A stretch of DNA of 59,060 bases, taken from contig JBLFXH010000002.1 in assembly GCA_047611125.1 (NCBI GenBank), positions 1 through 59,060 on the forward strand, written 5' to 3'. This DNA comes from Rhodothermales bacterium (GTDB taxonomy: Bacteria; Bacteroidota; Rhodothermia; Rhodothermales; UBA10348). The notes below the pieces were generated by a model that did not search any database, was not told the origin of the DNA, and saw nothing but the letters and a program-made list of their open reading frames with translations. The position numbers were made by a program, and so were the translations under genes. Shown one piece after another: positions 1 to 9,256 of this stretch. Each line of letters begins with the position of its first letter. Within the stretch, counting starts at the first letter, position 1.

Positions 1-202
1 AGCCCCCAGGCTGAACCTCAATGCTTGCGCGCGTGCCCGCGCCTTCGGCGATGGCTTCCCAGGGGAGGTTGGCGTTGTTAAGATGGTTGCCGTCCTCGAA
101 GGTGTCCACACCGCCGCTGACCAACGGCATCGAGCGGGGCTGACCGGAGCAGGCGGCGACGAGCGGAAGCAGGAAGGCCGTCAGGACTCGGGTCAGATTC
201 AT
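1..202 (-). CDS. Lipoprotein, N-terminal part only (gene runs off the left edge)
   Basis: Not in the ORF track because there is no stop in the window. The reverse complement of 200-202 is ATG and the frame stays open to position 2. It reads MNLTRVLTAFLLPLVAACSGQPRSMPLVSGGVDTFEDGNHLNNANLPWEAIAEG..., a hydrophobic signal peptide ending in a lipobox-like LVAAC. Third positions are GC-rich. Confidence 0.5.
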   Translation of the reverse strand, partial: MNLTRVLTAFLLPLVAACSGQPRSMPLVSGGVDTFEDGNHLNNANLPWEAIAEGAGTRASIEVQPGG

Positions 203-271
203 CAGGGGAACGGAAAGCGGAGTGTGTGGAAATGCGGGTACGGAAGAATGCCCTTCAGGATTCAAGCCGGA

Positions 272-574
272 TCAGAGCATACCCAGTGTTCTCTGAGGAA
301 TCGGAATCAGGTACTCGGGCTTAAACATGTCCTCATGAACGCCAAACTGACCGGTGCCGCGGAAGTCCACGGCAATGAATCCGTCCAGGATGTGCTTGAC
401 CTCGCCAATCCCGTAATACGCCGGACTCGGCCCGTAGTAGACCAACTGACCCTCGCCCAATTCTTTTTCACGGCGAGCTGTTCGGTGGAACGCGGGGATC
501 ACCGGGAGCAGTTCGAGACGGTATGGAAGGGAGATATTGAACATCGGCGCGTGGAACGTTACCCCGAATAGCAA
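272..574 (-). CDS. Hypothetical protein (100 aa, TTG start)
   Basis: Minus-strand ORF with high GC3, lying directly upstream of and co-directional with the lipoprotein gene at 1-202. The overlapping plus-strand ORF 83-571 translates to Arg/Gly-rich nonsense. I recognised no family. Confidence 0.4.
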   Translation of the reverse strand: MLFGVTFHAPMFNISLPYRLELLPVIPAFHRTARREKELGEGQLVYYGPSPAYYGIGEVKHILDGFIAVDFRGTGQFGVHEDMFKPEYLIPIPQRTLGML

Positions 575-645
575 GGTTCACGCCAACCTCGGTGACCTTT
601 TTGAGTCGCCCGTGACTTACACCCCCGGCCCCGCATCGCAGCTAC

Positions 646-1386
646 ATGGAATACAAGGATAAGATCGTAGACAAACAGGTTGGTCGGAATTCGGATCTGT
701 ACGCCCGGTCAATTGCTGCGCTTGCGACCCCGGAAGAGCGCTACCCCCATCTGCGGATACTCGTCAGCATCATCGAGCAGGCGCATCCGGAATGGAATCA
801 GGCTCCGCATAAGGACCGTCAGGTAGCCAACATCGTCTTCAAGATGTCCCGGGCTGCAATTGGTGTCGAGGAGGTGGCTGAAATCGTGCGACTGCGCGAT
901 GCGGAGCGTGGCTACGGGCCGATCCAGGAAGATGACCGACCCGGCAAGAGTCGGAACACCGAATCATCGGAGGGTGACGATAGGGTTTCGAACAGCAAAT
1001 CTGACGCCGCCAACGCCGCCAAGGTTGAGGCCCTGGCTGAGGCTGAGGCTGAGGCTGAGGCAGGCAAGGCAAAGGACGATCCGTCCGGCGAGGAGAAAGA
1101 GGCACCTCGCAGTAGCGCGCGCAAGCGTCCAGCTGCCAAGAAGGCCGAGGCAACCAGCGATGATGCCGCCAAGGCCGAGGACAAACCTGCAGAGGCGGCC
1201 GGTGATGCCTCAGGCGAAAAGCCTGAAGCGGAAACGAAGAAAGCGGCCAAGTCTGTCAAAGCAGCGAAGCCTGTCAAAGCAGCCAAGCCTGAAAAGGCCT
1301 CCAAGGCACCTGCCAAGCCTAGGAAGGCCGCCAAGTCTTCAAAGTCCGACAAGGTGGCCCCGTCTGACAAGTCAGGCGACGCCTAG
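646..1386 (+). CDS. DUF4290-like N-terminal domain fused to an Ala/Lys/Pro/Glu-rich histone H1-like tail
   Basis: The N-terminus (MEYKDKIVDKQVGRN...TPEERYPHLRILVSIIEQAHPEW) resembles Bacteroidota DUF4290 proteins. From about aa 100 the sequence is low complexity (EAEAEAEA, AAKSVKAAKPVKAAKPEKASKAPAKPRKAAKSSK). Confidence 0.55.
   Translation: MEYKDKIVDKQVGRNSDLYARSIAALATPEERYPHLRILVSIIEQAHPEWNQAPHKDRQVANIVFKMSRAAIGVEEVAEIVRLRDAERGYGPIQEDDRPGKSRNTESSEGDDRVSNSKSDAANAAKVEALAEAEAEAEAGKAKDDPSGEEKEAPRSSARKRPAAKKAEATSDDAAKAEDKPAEAAGDASGEKPEAETKKAAKSVKAAKPVKAAKPEKASKAPAKPRKAAKSSKSDKVAPSDKSGDA
1036..1059 (+). repeat. Hexanucleotide microsatellite (gctgag)x4 inside the CDS, encoding (AE)n
   Basis: Direct reading gives gctgag gctgag gctgag gctgag. 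The repeat is in frame, so copy-number change would not break the ORF. Confidence 0.8.
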
Positions 1387-1418
1387 ATAGACTGGCGCCG
1401 GACTTTACTGGGACTGGT

Positions 1419-1964
1419 TTAGGACCCGACGCGTCCAGGGTTTTGCTTGATGAACTGCGCCCAACCGGAGTACTTCGCTCCTGTTGACTTCGCCCCGCGG
1501 TGCGCGTGACAGAGGCTGACGGCCAACGCGTCTGAGGCGTCCAGACCCATTTTGGGGTCCTTCTCGGTGACCGATAGCATGGATCGGACCATGAACCACA
1601 CCTGCTGCTTGGAGGCGTTTCCGTTCCCGGTAACGGACTTTTTGACCTCCTTCGGCGTGTATTCGATGACGGGAATGTCGCGCGCCAGGGCCGCCAACAT
1701 GGCCGCGGCCTGAGCCCGTCCGAGCTTCAACATGGACTGGGCGTTGTTGCCATAAATGGGCATCTCAACAGCGCAGACATCCGGCAGGCAACGGTCGATT
1801 ACGGCAAGTAATCTATCATGGATCTGTTTGAGGCGCAGCTGATGGGAATCGGTCGCATCCAAGGTCAGCACACCGTACTCAATCAGAGTCTCGCTTCCCC
1901 CACTGGTTTCAATGACTCCGAAGCCGGTGACGCGGGAGCCGGGGTCAACGCCCAGGACAATCAT
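1419..1964 (-). CDS. ruvC: Crossover junction endodeoxyribonuclease RuvC
   Basis: MIVLGVDPGSRVTGFGVIE... with the typical RuvC length (181 aa) and acidic catalytic positions. The gene abuts the yebC-family stop. Confidence 0.93.
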   Translation of the reverse strand: MIVLGVDPGSRVTGFGVIETSGGSETLIEYGVLTLDATDSHQLRLKQIHDRLLAVIDRCLPDVCAVEMPIYGNNAQSMLKLGRAQAAAMLAALARDIPVIEYTPKEVKKSVTGNGNASKQQVWFMVRSMLSVTEKDPKMGLDASDALAVSLCHAHRGAKSTGAKYSGWAQFIKQNPGRVGS

Positions 1965-2711
1965 CTAACCGAGTAACGCAACGAGTTCTTCGTCGAACTC
2001 CAGCGTTGAATTGACGGTCTGAACGTCTTGGTGCTCTTCCATTTTTTCTAGCAGCGCGGCCACCTTTTGTGCCTCATCCAAGGGAAGCGTTTTGGTCATG
2101 GTTGGAATGCGCTGCAGATCGGCCTGCTCAACAGGGATACCCGCCTCCTCAAGGGCAGACTGGACCGCGCCGTAGGCCTCGACCGGCGTCGTGACGATGA
2201 AGTGGTCCTCCTCCTGCACCATGTCCTCGGCCCCAGCATCGGCTACGAGCTCGAAAAGCTCCATCTCGTCCTGGCCCTCGGCCTTAATCTCAAAGATTCC
2301 CTTTCGGTCGAAAAGGAATTGGACCGAACCGGTGGTGCCCAGTTGTCCGCCCGCTTTCGAGAACATTGCCCTCAGGTCAGCCACTGTACGGTTCGTGTTG
2401 TCGGTCAGGGCATCCACAAAGACCGCGATTCCATGGGGGGCATAGCCCTCATAGGCCGTCTCCTCATAGTCCGCACCCTCGATTTCGCCGGTACCACGCT
2501 TGATGGCCCGCGTGATGTTGGCCTTCGGCATGTTTTCTGCCTTGGCCTTGTCCACACAAACGGACAGGCGCGCATTCATACCCGGGTCACCCCCGCCTTC
2601 GCGCGAGGCAACCATGATGTCCCGGGTGATCCTGGCCCAAGATTTAGAGCGACGATGGTCGGTTACGGCCTTCTGGCGCTTGATCGTGGACCATTTACTG
2701 TGGCCTGACAT
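1965..2711 (-). CDS. YebC/PmpR family DNA-binding transcriptional regulator
   Basis: MSGHSKWSTIKRQKAVTDHRRSK... is the hallmark N-terminus. It is 248 aa and lies upstream of ruvC, as in many bacteria. Confidence 0.93.
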   Translation of the reverse strand: MSGHSKWSTIKRQKAVTDHRRSKSWARITRDIMVASREGGGDPGMNARLSVCVDKAKAENMPKANITRAIKRGTGEIEGADYEETAYEGYAPHGIAVFVDALTDNTNRTVADLRAMFSKAGGQLGTTGSVQFLFDRKGIFEIKAEGQDEMELFELVADAGAEDMVQEEDHFIVTTPVEAYGAVQSALEEAGIPVEQADLQRIPTMTKTLPLDEAQKVAALLEKMEEHQDVQTVNSTLEFDEELVALLG

Positions 2712-2751
2712 ACCTGATGCGTTGGTGTTCGGGGTGGTCTAAACTTAAGAG

Positions 2752-3780
2752 ATGGAAGCCGACGATATTCAGTGGATGCGGCGCGCTCTGGAACTCGCGA
2801 GCCGGGGTGGACGGGCGGTTAGGCCCAATCCTCAGGTGGGATGCATTGTGGTAGGGGCGGCGGGTGAAGTCCTGGGTGCAGGATGGCATCAGCAGTTTGG
2901 CGGACCTCATGCGGAGGTCATGGCTCTCACGGACCTGGAAGGTCTGGACCTGTCTCAGGCGACTATCTACGTCACCCTAGAGCCCTGCAGTCACCAAGGC
3001 AAGACACCTCCCTGTGCTGATTTGCTCGTGAGGCGCGGCCTCGGCACTGTAGTGGTTGGCACCTTGGATCCGAATCCCTTAGTCTCAGGCGAGGGTATTC
3101 GGCGCTTGCGCGACGCCGGCGTTTTGGTGCGGGCCGGATGCTTGGATGAGGAATGCCGGGCCGCCAACGCGGGGTTCTTCTGCCGGATGTTGACTGGGCG
3201 TCCCCACACCACCCTCAAGATTGCCCAGTCGTTGGACGGCTACGCGGCCCCAAGAGCCGGTTCATCCCAGTGGATCACGGGAGAGGCCTCGCGCAAGCGG
3301 GTCCACGCCATGCGGGCTGAGGCCGATGCTGTGCTCACCGGAACGGGGACGGTTCTGGCCGACGATCCCAGTTTGACGGTCCGTCACGTGGAAGGACCGA
3401 ATCCGCTCAGGCTTGTTCTGGATCGGCGAGGCGTCTTGCCGGTTAGCGCACGTGTATTGAGCGATGGAGGCCGAACCACGGTTATTCGTGGCCCTGTGGT
3501 CGATGACCGGATAGATCTTTGCGCTGCCCTCACTGCATTGCCGGCGGAAATTCTCTATCTGCTGGTAGAGTCCGGCCCCCGTCTATCCAGTTTCATGCTC
3601 TCGCGCGGCTTGGTGGACGAACTCCACGTCTTCACGGCGCCGGTTCTCCTGGGTGGAGGGCGACGTTCCTTCGATGATCCGGCTAGGGAAACGTTGGCGG
3701 ATGCCCTGCGTGCCACGGCCGTTGACTACGAGCGGGTTGGTCAGGACATGTTGACCCGCATCACTATTAAGGCGCTGTAG
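2752..3780 (+). CDS. ribD: Bifunctional riboflavin biosynthesis protein RibD (pyrimidine deaminase / uracil reductase)
   Basis: Deaminase zinc motifs HAEVMAL and PCSHQGKTPPC are present, followed by a C-terminal reductase domain (KIAQSLDG...). Confidence 0.92.
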   Translation: MEADDIQWMRRALELASRGGRAVRPNPQVGCIVVGAAGEVLGAGWHQQFGGPHAEVMALTDLEGLDLSQATIYVTLEPCSHQGKTPPCADLLVRRGLGTVVVGTLDPNPLVSGEGIRRLRDAGVLVRAGCLDEECRAANAGFFCRMLTGRPHTTLKIAQSLDGYAAPRAGSSQWITGEASRKRVHAMRAEADAVLTGTGTVLADDPSLTVRHVEGPNPLRLVLDRRGVLPVSARVLSDGGRTTVIRGPVVDDRIDLCAALTALPAEILYLLVESGPRLSSFMLSRGLVDELHVFTAPVLLGGGRRSFDDPARETLADALRATAVDYERVGQDMLTRITIKAL

Positions 3781-3784
3781 GACT

Positions 3785-4441
3785 GTGTTTACGGGAATCA
3801 TTGAAACAGTAGGCCGCGTGTCGGACGTGACTCCCCAAGGCGGTGGCGTCCGCTTTCGCGTTGAATCGCCCTTCGCCTCGGAGTTGCGCGTGGACGAGAG
3901 CGTTTCTGTAAACGGAGTCTGCCAGACGGTAGTCTCGTGCGACGCTCGCGGATTTGAGGTTCAGGCCATTGAGGAGACACTCGCCAAGACGAATCTGGGT
4001 ACCCTCAAGGCGGGCTCGGGCGTAAATCTCGAGCGCGCCATGCAGATCGGTGGCCGTCTGGATGGGCACCTCGTGCAAGGGCACGTGGATGCCACCGGTA
4101 CTGTCCTGGAAATCGAGACGCTGGAAACGAGTTGGCTATACACGATTGAGTTCGAGGACCGTTTTCGGTCCTACGTGATTCCGGTCGGATCCGTGTGTCT
4201 AAACGGCATCAGTCTCACGGTGGCGCGCCTGGATGGGAATCGGTTGACCGTGGCCATCATCCCGCACACGTTCAAGAACACGACCGTCTCCGGTTGGAAG
4301 GTGGGAACTCCCATCAACATGGAATTCGACATGGTGGGCAAATATGTGGTGGGCTTTCTGGAAAACCAGAAGCCAGAAAACCAGAAGGCCGTACCGGGCG
4401 CCGGGATGACCGGGTCGTGGCTGCGCGAGCAGGGGTTCTAA
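3785..4441 (+). CDS. ribE: Riboflavin synthase (alpha chain)
   Basis: GTG start giving MFTGIIETVGRV..., with the duplicated lumazine-binding repeat (second repeat GHLVQGHVDATG). 218 aa. Confidence 0.92.
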   Translation: MFTGIIETVGRVSDVTPQGGGVRFRVESPFASELRVDESVSVNGVCQTVVSCDARGFEVQAIEETLAKTNLGTLKAGSGVNLERAMQIGGRLDGHLVQGHVDATGTVLEIETLETSWLYTIEFEDRFRSYVIPVGSVCLNGISLTVARLDGNRLTVAIIPHTFKNTTVSGWKVGTPINMEFDMVGKYVVGFLENQKPENQKAVPGAGMTGSWLREQGF

Positions 4442-4547
4442 CCTTCTGCCATTTTGTCACGATTCCCCGAACCCGTTTCGAGGAGGGACGTTATAGCGCG
4501 CAGGCCCCACGTTGAGAAGGGCCGCTGCCCAAAGAAAATCCCACCTG

Positions 4548-5978
4548 ATGCAGAATCTGCTCACTGATATTCCTGTCCTCGACGGCGCCGAGGATCTAGA
4601 CGCACCCAAAACAGCGGGACCCGAGGTCAGCGGTCGCAAGACGGTCTATCTGGAGACGTACGGCTGCCAGATGAATGTGTCCGATTCCGAGATCGTGGCG
4701 TCTGTGTTGCGCAACGCCGGATTCGGTCTCACGCACAACGAGGCTGAAGCGGACATCATTCTGCTCAACACCTGTGCCATCCGGGAGAACGCCGAACAGA
4801 AGGTGCGCCGCCGTCTGGACGCGCTACGTGCCGACAAGCGTCGGAACCGGCCTGAGCTCAAGCTGGGGGTCCTCGGCTGCATGGCCGAGCGACTCCGTCA
4901 CAAGTTGCTTGAACAGGAAAAACTGGTTGATCTCGTGGTAGGCCCCGATGCTTACCGCGACATTCCAAGGCTCCTGGATGAGTCGGCGGAATCCGGCCAG
5001 GCTGCGGTCAATGTTCAGCTGTCTCGGGAGGAAACCTACGCCGACATCGCCCCCGTTCGGTACGACACCAACGGGGTCTCGGCCTTCGTCAGCATCATGC
5101 GCGGCTGCGACAATATGTGCGCCTTCTGCGTGGTGCCGTTTACCCGGGGCCGCGAGCGGAGCCGTCCGGTTGCTAGCATTCTGGGCGAATGCCGCGAGTT
5201 GGTCGATGGCGGCTTCAAGGAAGTCACCGTGCTGGGTCAGAACGTCAACTCGTACCGGTATGACGACAACGGAGCGGCCGTCAGCTTCGCCGAACTGCTG
5301 CATCGCATCAGCCTGATCAGCCCGGAACTCCGGATCCGCTATTCTACCAGCCATCCGAAGGACTGCTCAGACGATTTGCTCCACGTGCACGCAGAGCGCG
5401 AGAACGTCTGCAACTACATCCACCTGCCCGTGCAGCACGGAAATACGGATGTGCTTCAGCGCATGAAACGGACGTATACCCGGGACGAATACCTGTCGCT
5501 CGTGGAACGGGCCAGGAAGATTGTCCCCGGCGTCTCGTTCTCAACAGACATGATCGCTGGCTTCTGTGACGAGAGCGAGGAAGAACACCAGGACACGCTG
5601 AGTCTGATGGAGACGGTGCGTTACGACCACGCCTACATGTTCATGTACAGCGAACGCCCGGACACGTATGCCGCCCGCAAGTACGTGGACAACGTCCCTG
5701 AGAACGTCAAGAAGAGACGGCTGAGCGAGATCATTCACTTGCAGAGCCGGATCTCGGGCGAAAACAACCGGCTTGATATCGGGACAGAGCACGTGGTGCT
5801 GATTGAGGGCACCAGCCGGCGAAGCGAGGACCAGCTGAAAGGGCGGACCGATACCAACAAGGTGGTCGTATTTGACCGGGCCGCATCACTTGCCAAGGGA
5901 GACTACGCGAGGGTTGTCATCGAGGATTGTACATCCGCCACGCTCATGGGCCGCGTGCTGACCCCAGTGGTGGCCTAG
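4548..5978 (+). CDS. miaB: tRNA-2-methylthio-N6-dimethylallyladenosine synthase MiaB
   Basis: The UPF0004 N-domain ([15 protein letters not shown]), the radical-SAM cluster [11 protein letters not shown] and a C-terminal TRAM domain are all present. The ORF is open from a TTG at 4512; the ATG at 4548 (MQNLLTD) is the more likely start. Confidence 0.92.
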   Translation: MQNLLTDIPVLDGAEDLDAPKTAGPEVSGRKTVYLETYGCQMNVSDSEIVASVLRNAGFGLTHNEAEADIILLNTCAIRENAEQKVRRRLDALRADKRRNRPELKLGVLGCMAERLRHKLLEQEKLVDLVVGPDAYRDIPRLLDESAESGQAAVNVQLSREETYADIAPVRYDTNGVSAFVSIMRGCDNMCAFCVVPFTRGRERSRPVASILGECRELVDGGFKEVTVLGQNVNSYRYDDNGAAVSFAELLHRISLISPELRIRYSTSHPKDCSDDLLHVHAERENVCNYIHLPVQHGNTDVLQRMKRTYTRDEYLSLVERARKIVPGVSFSTDMIAGFCDESEEEHQDTLSLMETVRYDHAYMFMYSERPDTYAARKYVDNVPENVKKRRLSEIIHLQSRISGENNRLDIGTEHVVLIEGTSRRSEDQLKGRTDTNKVVVFDRAASLAKGDYARVVIEDCTSATLMGRVLTPVVA

Positions 5979-5979
5979 G

Positions 5980-7209
5980 ATGGATCGCGTCTCACTACAG
6001 GAACGATTCGGCATCATCGGCCGGTCCGAGGCTATTCGGCATGTGATCGACCGGGTGCGCCAGGTGGCCAAGACGGAGATCACAATCCTGGTCCAGGGTG
6101 AGAGTGGAACCGGGAAGGAGCTGATTGCGCAGGCGCTCCACCAGCTCTCTGAGCGGCGTCATAAGAAGCTCCAGATCGTCAATTGTGGTGCCATCCCGGA
6201 AGGCCTGATTGAGTCAGAACTTTTTGGAGCCGAGAAGGGCGCATACACAGGCTCTGTGGATCGCCGCGCCGGCTATTTCGAAGAGGCATCAGGGGGGACC
6301 ATCTTCCTGGACGAAATTGGAGAGATGCCGCTGACGGCGCAGGTTCGACTCCTTCGCGTCCTCGAAAATGGAGAGTTCAGCCGCGTGGGCAGCTCCAAGG
6401 TTCTCAAGGCGGACGTTCGCGTATTGGCGGCCACCAACAAGGATCTGGGCCGCGAAGTGCAGGCCGGCCGGTTCCGGGAGGACCTCTACTACCGCCTCTC
6501 CACTGTGATTATTCGCGTTCCTCCGCTTCGCGAGCGCAAGGAGGACATCCTTCAGCTGTTCGAGCATTTCCAGCACCGGTTCGCTCAGCAATACAACACC
6601 AGTTCGAACCAACTCAGTGATGAAGCGCGGCGTCTGCTGCTGAGGTATCGGTGGCCCGGGAATATCCGCGAGCTCCGCAATGTGGCGGAGCAGAGCGCTG
6701 TCCTTCTTGAGGGCGATGCCATCAGCGAAACAGAGTTGCGCTCTTTTCTCAGAGGGGTTTCGGTCGGACAGGACGGACTGATACCGGTGGTCTCGCCCGG
6801 GTCCGGCGAGAAGGAGCCGGACCGAGAGCGCGAACTCATCTACCGTGCATTACTCGAGATTCGCCTCGAAATGCGCGGCCTGAAAGACCAGATGTCTGCG
6901 CTCTTGGGGACGTTCCAGGGCAGTTCGAGCAAGGCCATGGTGGTGCACCGGGACTCGATTCGCCGCGAGAGTCAGGAAATGGTCGAGGACATTCCGTTCG
7001 AGATCGAGAACGATGCCGATCAGGATGCCAGTCGGTACGATGTCGATCCGCGGGACGAGCCGCTGCCTTCCCTCGAGGATGCCGAACGAAAGCTGATCGC
7101 CGAGGCTCTGGAGCGATTCGAGGGCAACCGTCGGCAAACGGCCAAGGCGATGGGTATCTCAGAGCGCACGCTGTACCGCAAGATCAAGGAGTTCGAGGAT
7201 GTTGAGTAG
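5980..7209 (+). CDS. Sigma-54-dependent transcriptional activator (AAA+ plus Fis-type HTH, no N-terminal sensory domain)
   Basis: Walker A GESGTGKE, a sigma-54 contact loop [15 protein letters not shown] (GAFTGA variant), GNIRELRN, and a C-terminal [23 protein letters not shown]. The AAA+ core begins about 12 aa after the start. Confidence 0.88.
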   Translation: MDRVSLQERFGIIGRSEAIRHVIDRVRQVAKTEITILVQGESGTGKELIAQALHQLSERRHKKLQIVNCGAIPEGLIESELFGAEKGAYTGSVDRRAGYFEEASGGTIFLDEIGEMPLTAQVRLLRVLENGEFSRVGSSKVLKADVRVLAATNKDLGREVQAGRFREDLYYRLSTVIIRVPPLRERKEDILQLFEHFQHRFAQQYNTSSNQLSDEARRLLLRYRWPGNIRELRNVAEQSAVLLEGDAISETELRSFLRGVSVGQDGLIPVVSPGSGEKEPDRERELIYRALLEIRLEMRGLKDQMSALLGTFQGSSSKAMVVHRDSIRRESQEMVEDIPFEIENDADQDASRYDVDPRDEPLPSLEDAERKLIAEALERFEGNRRQTAKAMGISERTLYRKIKEFEDVE

Positions 7210-7726
7210 CCCGCGGCCTGGAATTCGATGGGGCAGCCACCTTCTTCTGGTGGCCATCTGCCTGACCCCGGTGTCGTGCTGGTTCTACAGCTTCAGCGGA
7301 GCCACCATCCCCAGCCACCTGTCCACCGTGGCTATTCCGCTTGCTGATGACCGGACGGTCAGCACCGTTTCTGGCCTGGACGAGCGCTTGACCCAGCTGT
7401 TCATCGAACGATTCGTGGGTCAAACCCGTCTGTCGCTGAGCACTTCGCAGCAAGAGGCGGACGTGGTTCTGCGCTCCACCATCCAGAATTATCAGAACCA
7501 GCCCACCTCTGTAGGCGGTGACGAAAGGGCCACTCGCAACCGGGTGACCATCTCGGTGAATGTGGTTTACTTGGATTCGAAGCGGAATCAGGAAATTCTC
7601 TCGCGGACGTTCTCCGGGTTCGAGGAGTACGACCCACTCGACCCGGACCTCGAGGAGGAGGCCGCGCTCGCGGCGCTGGAAAAAATAGCGGATGACGTCT
7701 TCACGGCGGCCACCTCCAACTGGTAG
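7199..7726 (+). CDS. lptE: LPS-assembly lipoprotein LptE
   Basis: Signal peptide then ...VSCWFYSFSGATIP, a central NRVTISVNVVY and a C-terminal ...DDVFTAATSNW. This matches the Bacteroidota LptE pattern (C-x-YxFxG, RLxISVxV, terminal W). The start overlaps the activator stop. Confidence 0.78.
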   Translation: MLSSPRPGIRWGSHLLLVAICLTPVSCWFYSFSGATIPSHLSTVAIPLADDRTVSTVSGLDERLTQLFIERFVGQTRLSLSTSQQEADVVLRSTIQNYQNQPTSVGGDERATRNRVTISVNVVYLDSKRNQEILSRTFSGFEEYDPLDPDLEEEAALAALEKIADDVFTAATSNW

Positions 7727-9228
7727 TGGCCACGCTCTACGCGATTGCCCTGGGCGTGATTACGCTCTATGGACTCAATCATTTCTGGTTGTCTTGGCGA
7801 TTTGCGCGGACCCGGAGTCTGATTGACGGCCCGGTCCCGGAGTACTGCCCGGCCGCAGAGCCCAAAGAATGGCCTATGGTCACGGTCCAGATCCCGCTCT
7901 ACAACGAAGCCCTGGTGGCCGATCGGGTGATTGCGGCCTGTGCGCGTCTGGACTATCCCAAGGGCAAGCTCGAGATCCAGGTACTCGACGACTCGACCGA
8001 TGAAACGGTCAGAGTCACAGCGGACGCGGTCCGCTTCTGGCGCCGGCAGGGGATCAACATGGTGCACCTGCATCGGACGCACCGGCGTGGTTACAAGGCG
8101 GGGGCCCTGGCAGACGGACTCCGGGTGGCTCGCGGCCAGTTCATTGCCATGTTCGATGCCGATTTCGTTCCACCACGCAATTTCTTGCGGACGCTCATAG
8201 GACGGTTTCAGACGGACGAGGTGGGTCTGGTTCAGGCTCGCTGGGGGCACCTGAATGACGGCGCAGGTCTCCTGACTCGCCTCCAGGGATTTGGCCTGGA
8301 TGCTCATTTTGCTATGGAGCAGGAATCGAGAACCGCCTCCGGCTACCCAGCGGGGTTCAACGGAACGGCCGGTATCTGGCGACGGGCCTGTATCGACGAC
8401 GCGGGCGGCTGGAGTTCGGACACCCTCACCGAAGACCTGGATCTGAGCTACCGAGCACAATTGAAAGGCTGGCGCATGGTCTACGTCACCGACTTGGTCG
8501 TTCCAGCCGAGTTGCCTGTGGAGATGGGCGGATTCCGAGCGCAGCAGCATCGATGGACCAAGGGTGCCGTCCAGACCGCCATGAAGCTGGCTGGATCCGT
8601 GGCCCGAACTGATCAGTCGCTCGGATTTCGCACCCAGGGGCTCATTCATCTCACTGCGAATGCAGGCTTCCCTTTTGTCTTCACTGTGGCGCTTCTGCAC
8701 GCCCCACTGGCCTACCAGACGGCATTGGGCACCGGACCGGGCGAGGCGTACTTCGCGCTCCTGGGGGTGGGTATCGCGGGTTTCGGCGGATTCTTTGCTG
8801 CGCATCTGACCGCCCAAAGGGCCCTCTATCCCGACTGGGGGCGACGGATGTGGAGGTTTCCCATTCTGCTCGCCGCCTCGCTCGGGATGGCCCTTTCGAA
8901 TACGCTGGCTGTGATGGAGGCGCTGGCCCGGAAGTCCTCGCCCTTCGTTCGGACTCCCAAGTTCAACAGCGTCGATACGTCCGAGGCCTCAGCCTGGTGG
9001 CGCTCCTCCTATGCCGGGTCCAGCCTGAAGCCCGCCGTTTTCCTGGAGGCGCTGATGGCCCTGTACACCACCGCAGGATTGGCCGTTTTGATCTCTTCGG
9101 GTGCTTGGGGAGCCGTCCCCTTCCAACTGGTGTTCGCTCTCGGATTCTGGCTGGTATTCGGTTTTTCGGTCCGGGACGCGGGCCTGACGCGCCGAGCGCT
9201 TCCTCTACGCAGTCGAGCGGCCAAATAA
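7726..9228 (+). CDS. Processive family-2 glycosyltransferase, cellulose-synthase/CslA-like, multi-pass membrane
   Basis: VTVQIPLYNE, LDDSTD, FDADF (DxD), TEDLDLS (TED) and QQHRW (QxxRW) are present, with TM helices at both ends. The GTG start overlaps the lptE stop by 1 nt. Confidence 0.85.
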   Translation: MATLYAIALGVITLYGLNHFWLSWRFARTRSLIDGPVPEYCPAAEPKEWPMVTVQIPLYNEALVADRVIAACARLDYPKGKLEIQVLDDSTDETVRVTADAVRFWRRQGINMVHLHRTHRRGYKAGALADGLRVARGQFIAMFDADFVPPRNFLRTLIGRFQTDEVGLVQARWGHLNDGAGLLTRLQGFGLDAHFAMEQESRTASGYPAGFNGTAGIWRRACIDDAGGWSSDTLTEDLDLSYRAQLKGWRMVYVTDLVVPAELPVEMGGFRAQQHRWTKGAVQTAMKLAGSVARTDQSLGFRTQGLIHLTANAGFPFVFTVALLHAPLAYQTALGTGPGEAYFALLGVGIAGFGGFFAAHLTAQRALYPDWGRRMWRFPILLAASLGMALSNTLAVMEALARKSSPFVRTPKFNSVDTSEASAWWRSSYAGSSLKPAVFLEALMALYTTAGLAVLISSGAWGAVPFQLVFALGFWLVFGFSVRDAGLTRRALPLRSRAAK

Positions 9229-9256
9229 ACGTATCTTACCCGTAGTATTCTCAGGA

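Noticed and set aside
83-571. 162-aa plus-strand ORF at the left edge
   Set aside because: The translation looks like noise. The opposite strand carries two co-directional ORFs (272-574 and 1-202) with good GC3 and a lipoprotein signal peptide.
860-1390. Alternative-frame ORFs (860-1390 plus, 912-1370 minus, 839-1153 minus) over the low-complexity tail of the 646-1386 gene
   Set aside because: Repetitive GC-rich coding sequence stays open in several frames. Only the 646-1386 frame continues from a globular N-domain.
2712-2751. FMN riboswitch upstream of ribD
   Set aside because: Only 40 nt separate the divergent yebC-family and ribD starts, which is too short for an FMN aptamer.
7588-8817. 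409-aa minus-strand ORF antisense to the lptE/GT2 genes
   Set aside because: The translation is Arg/Gly/Ser/Pro-rich with no motifs. It lies fully inside a plus-strand gene that has clear GT2 motifs. This is a typical shadow ORF of a high-GC genome.
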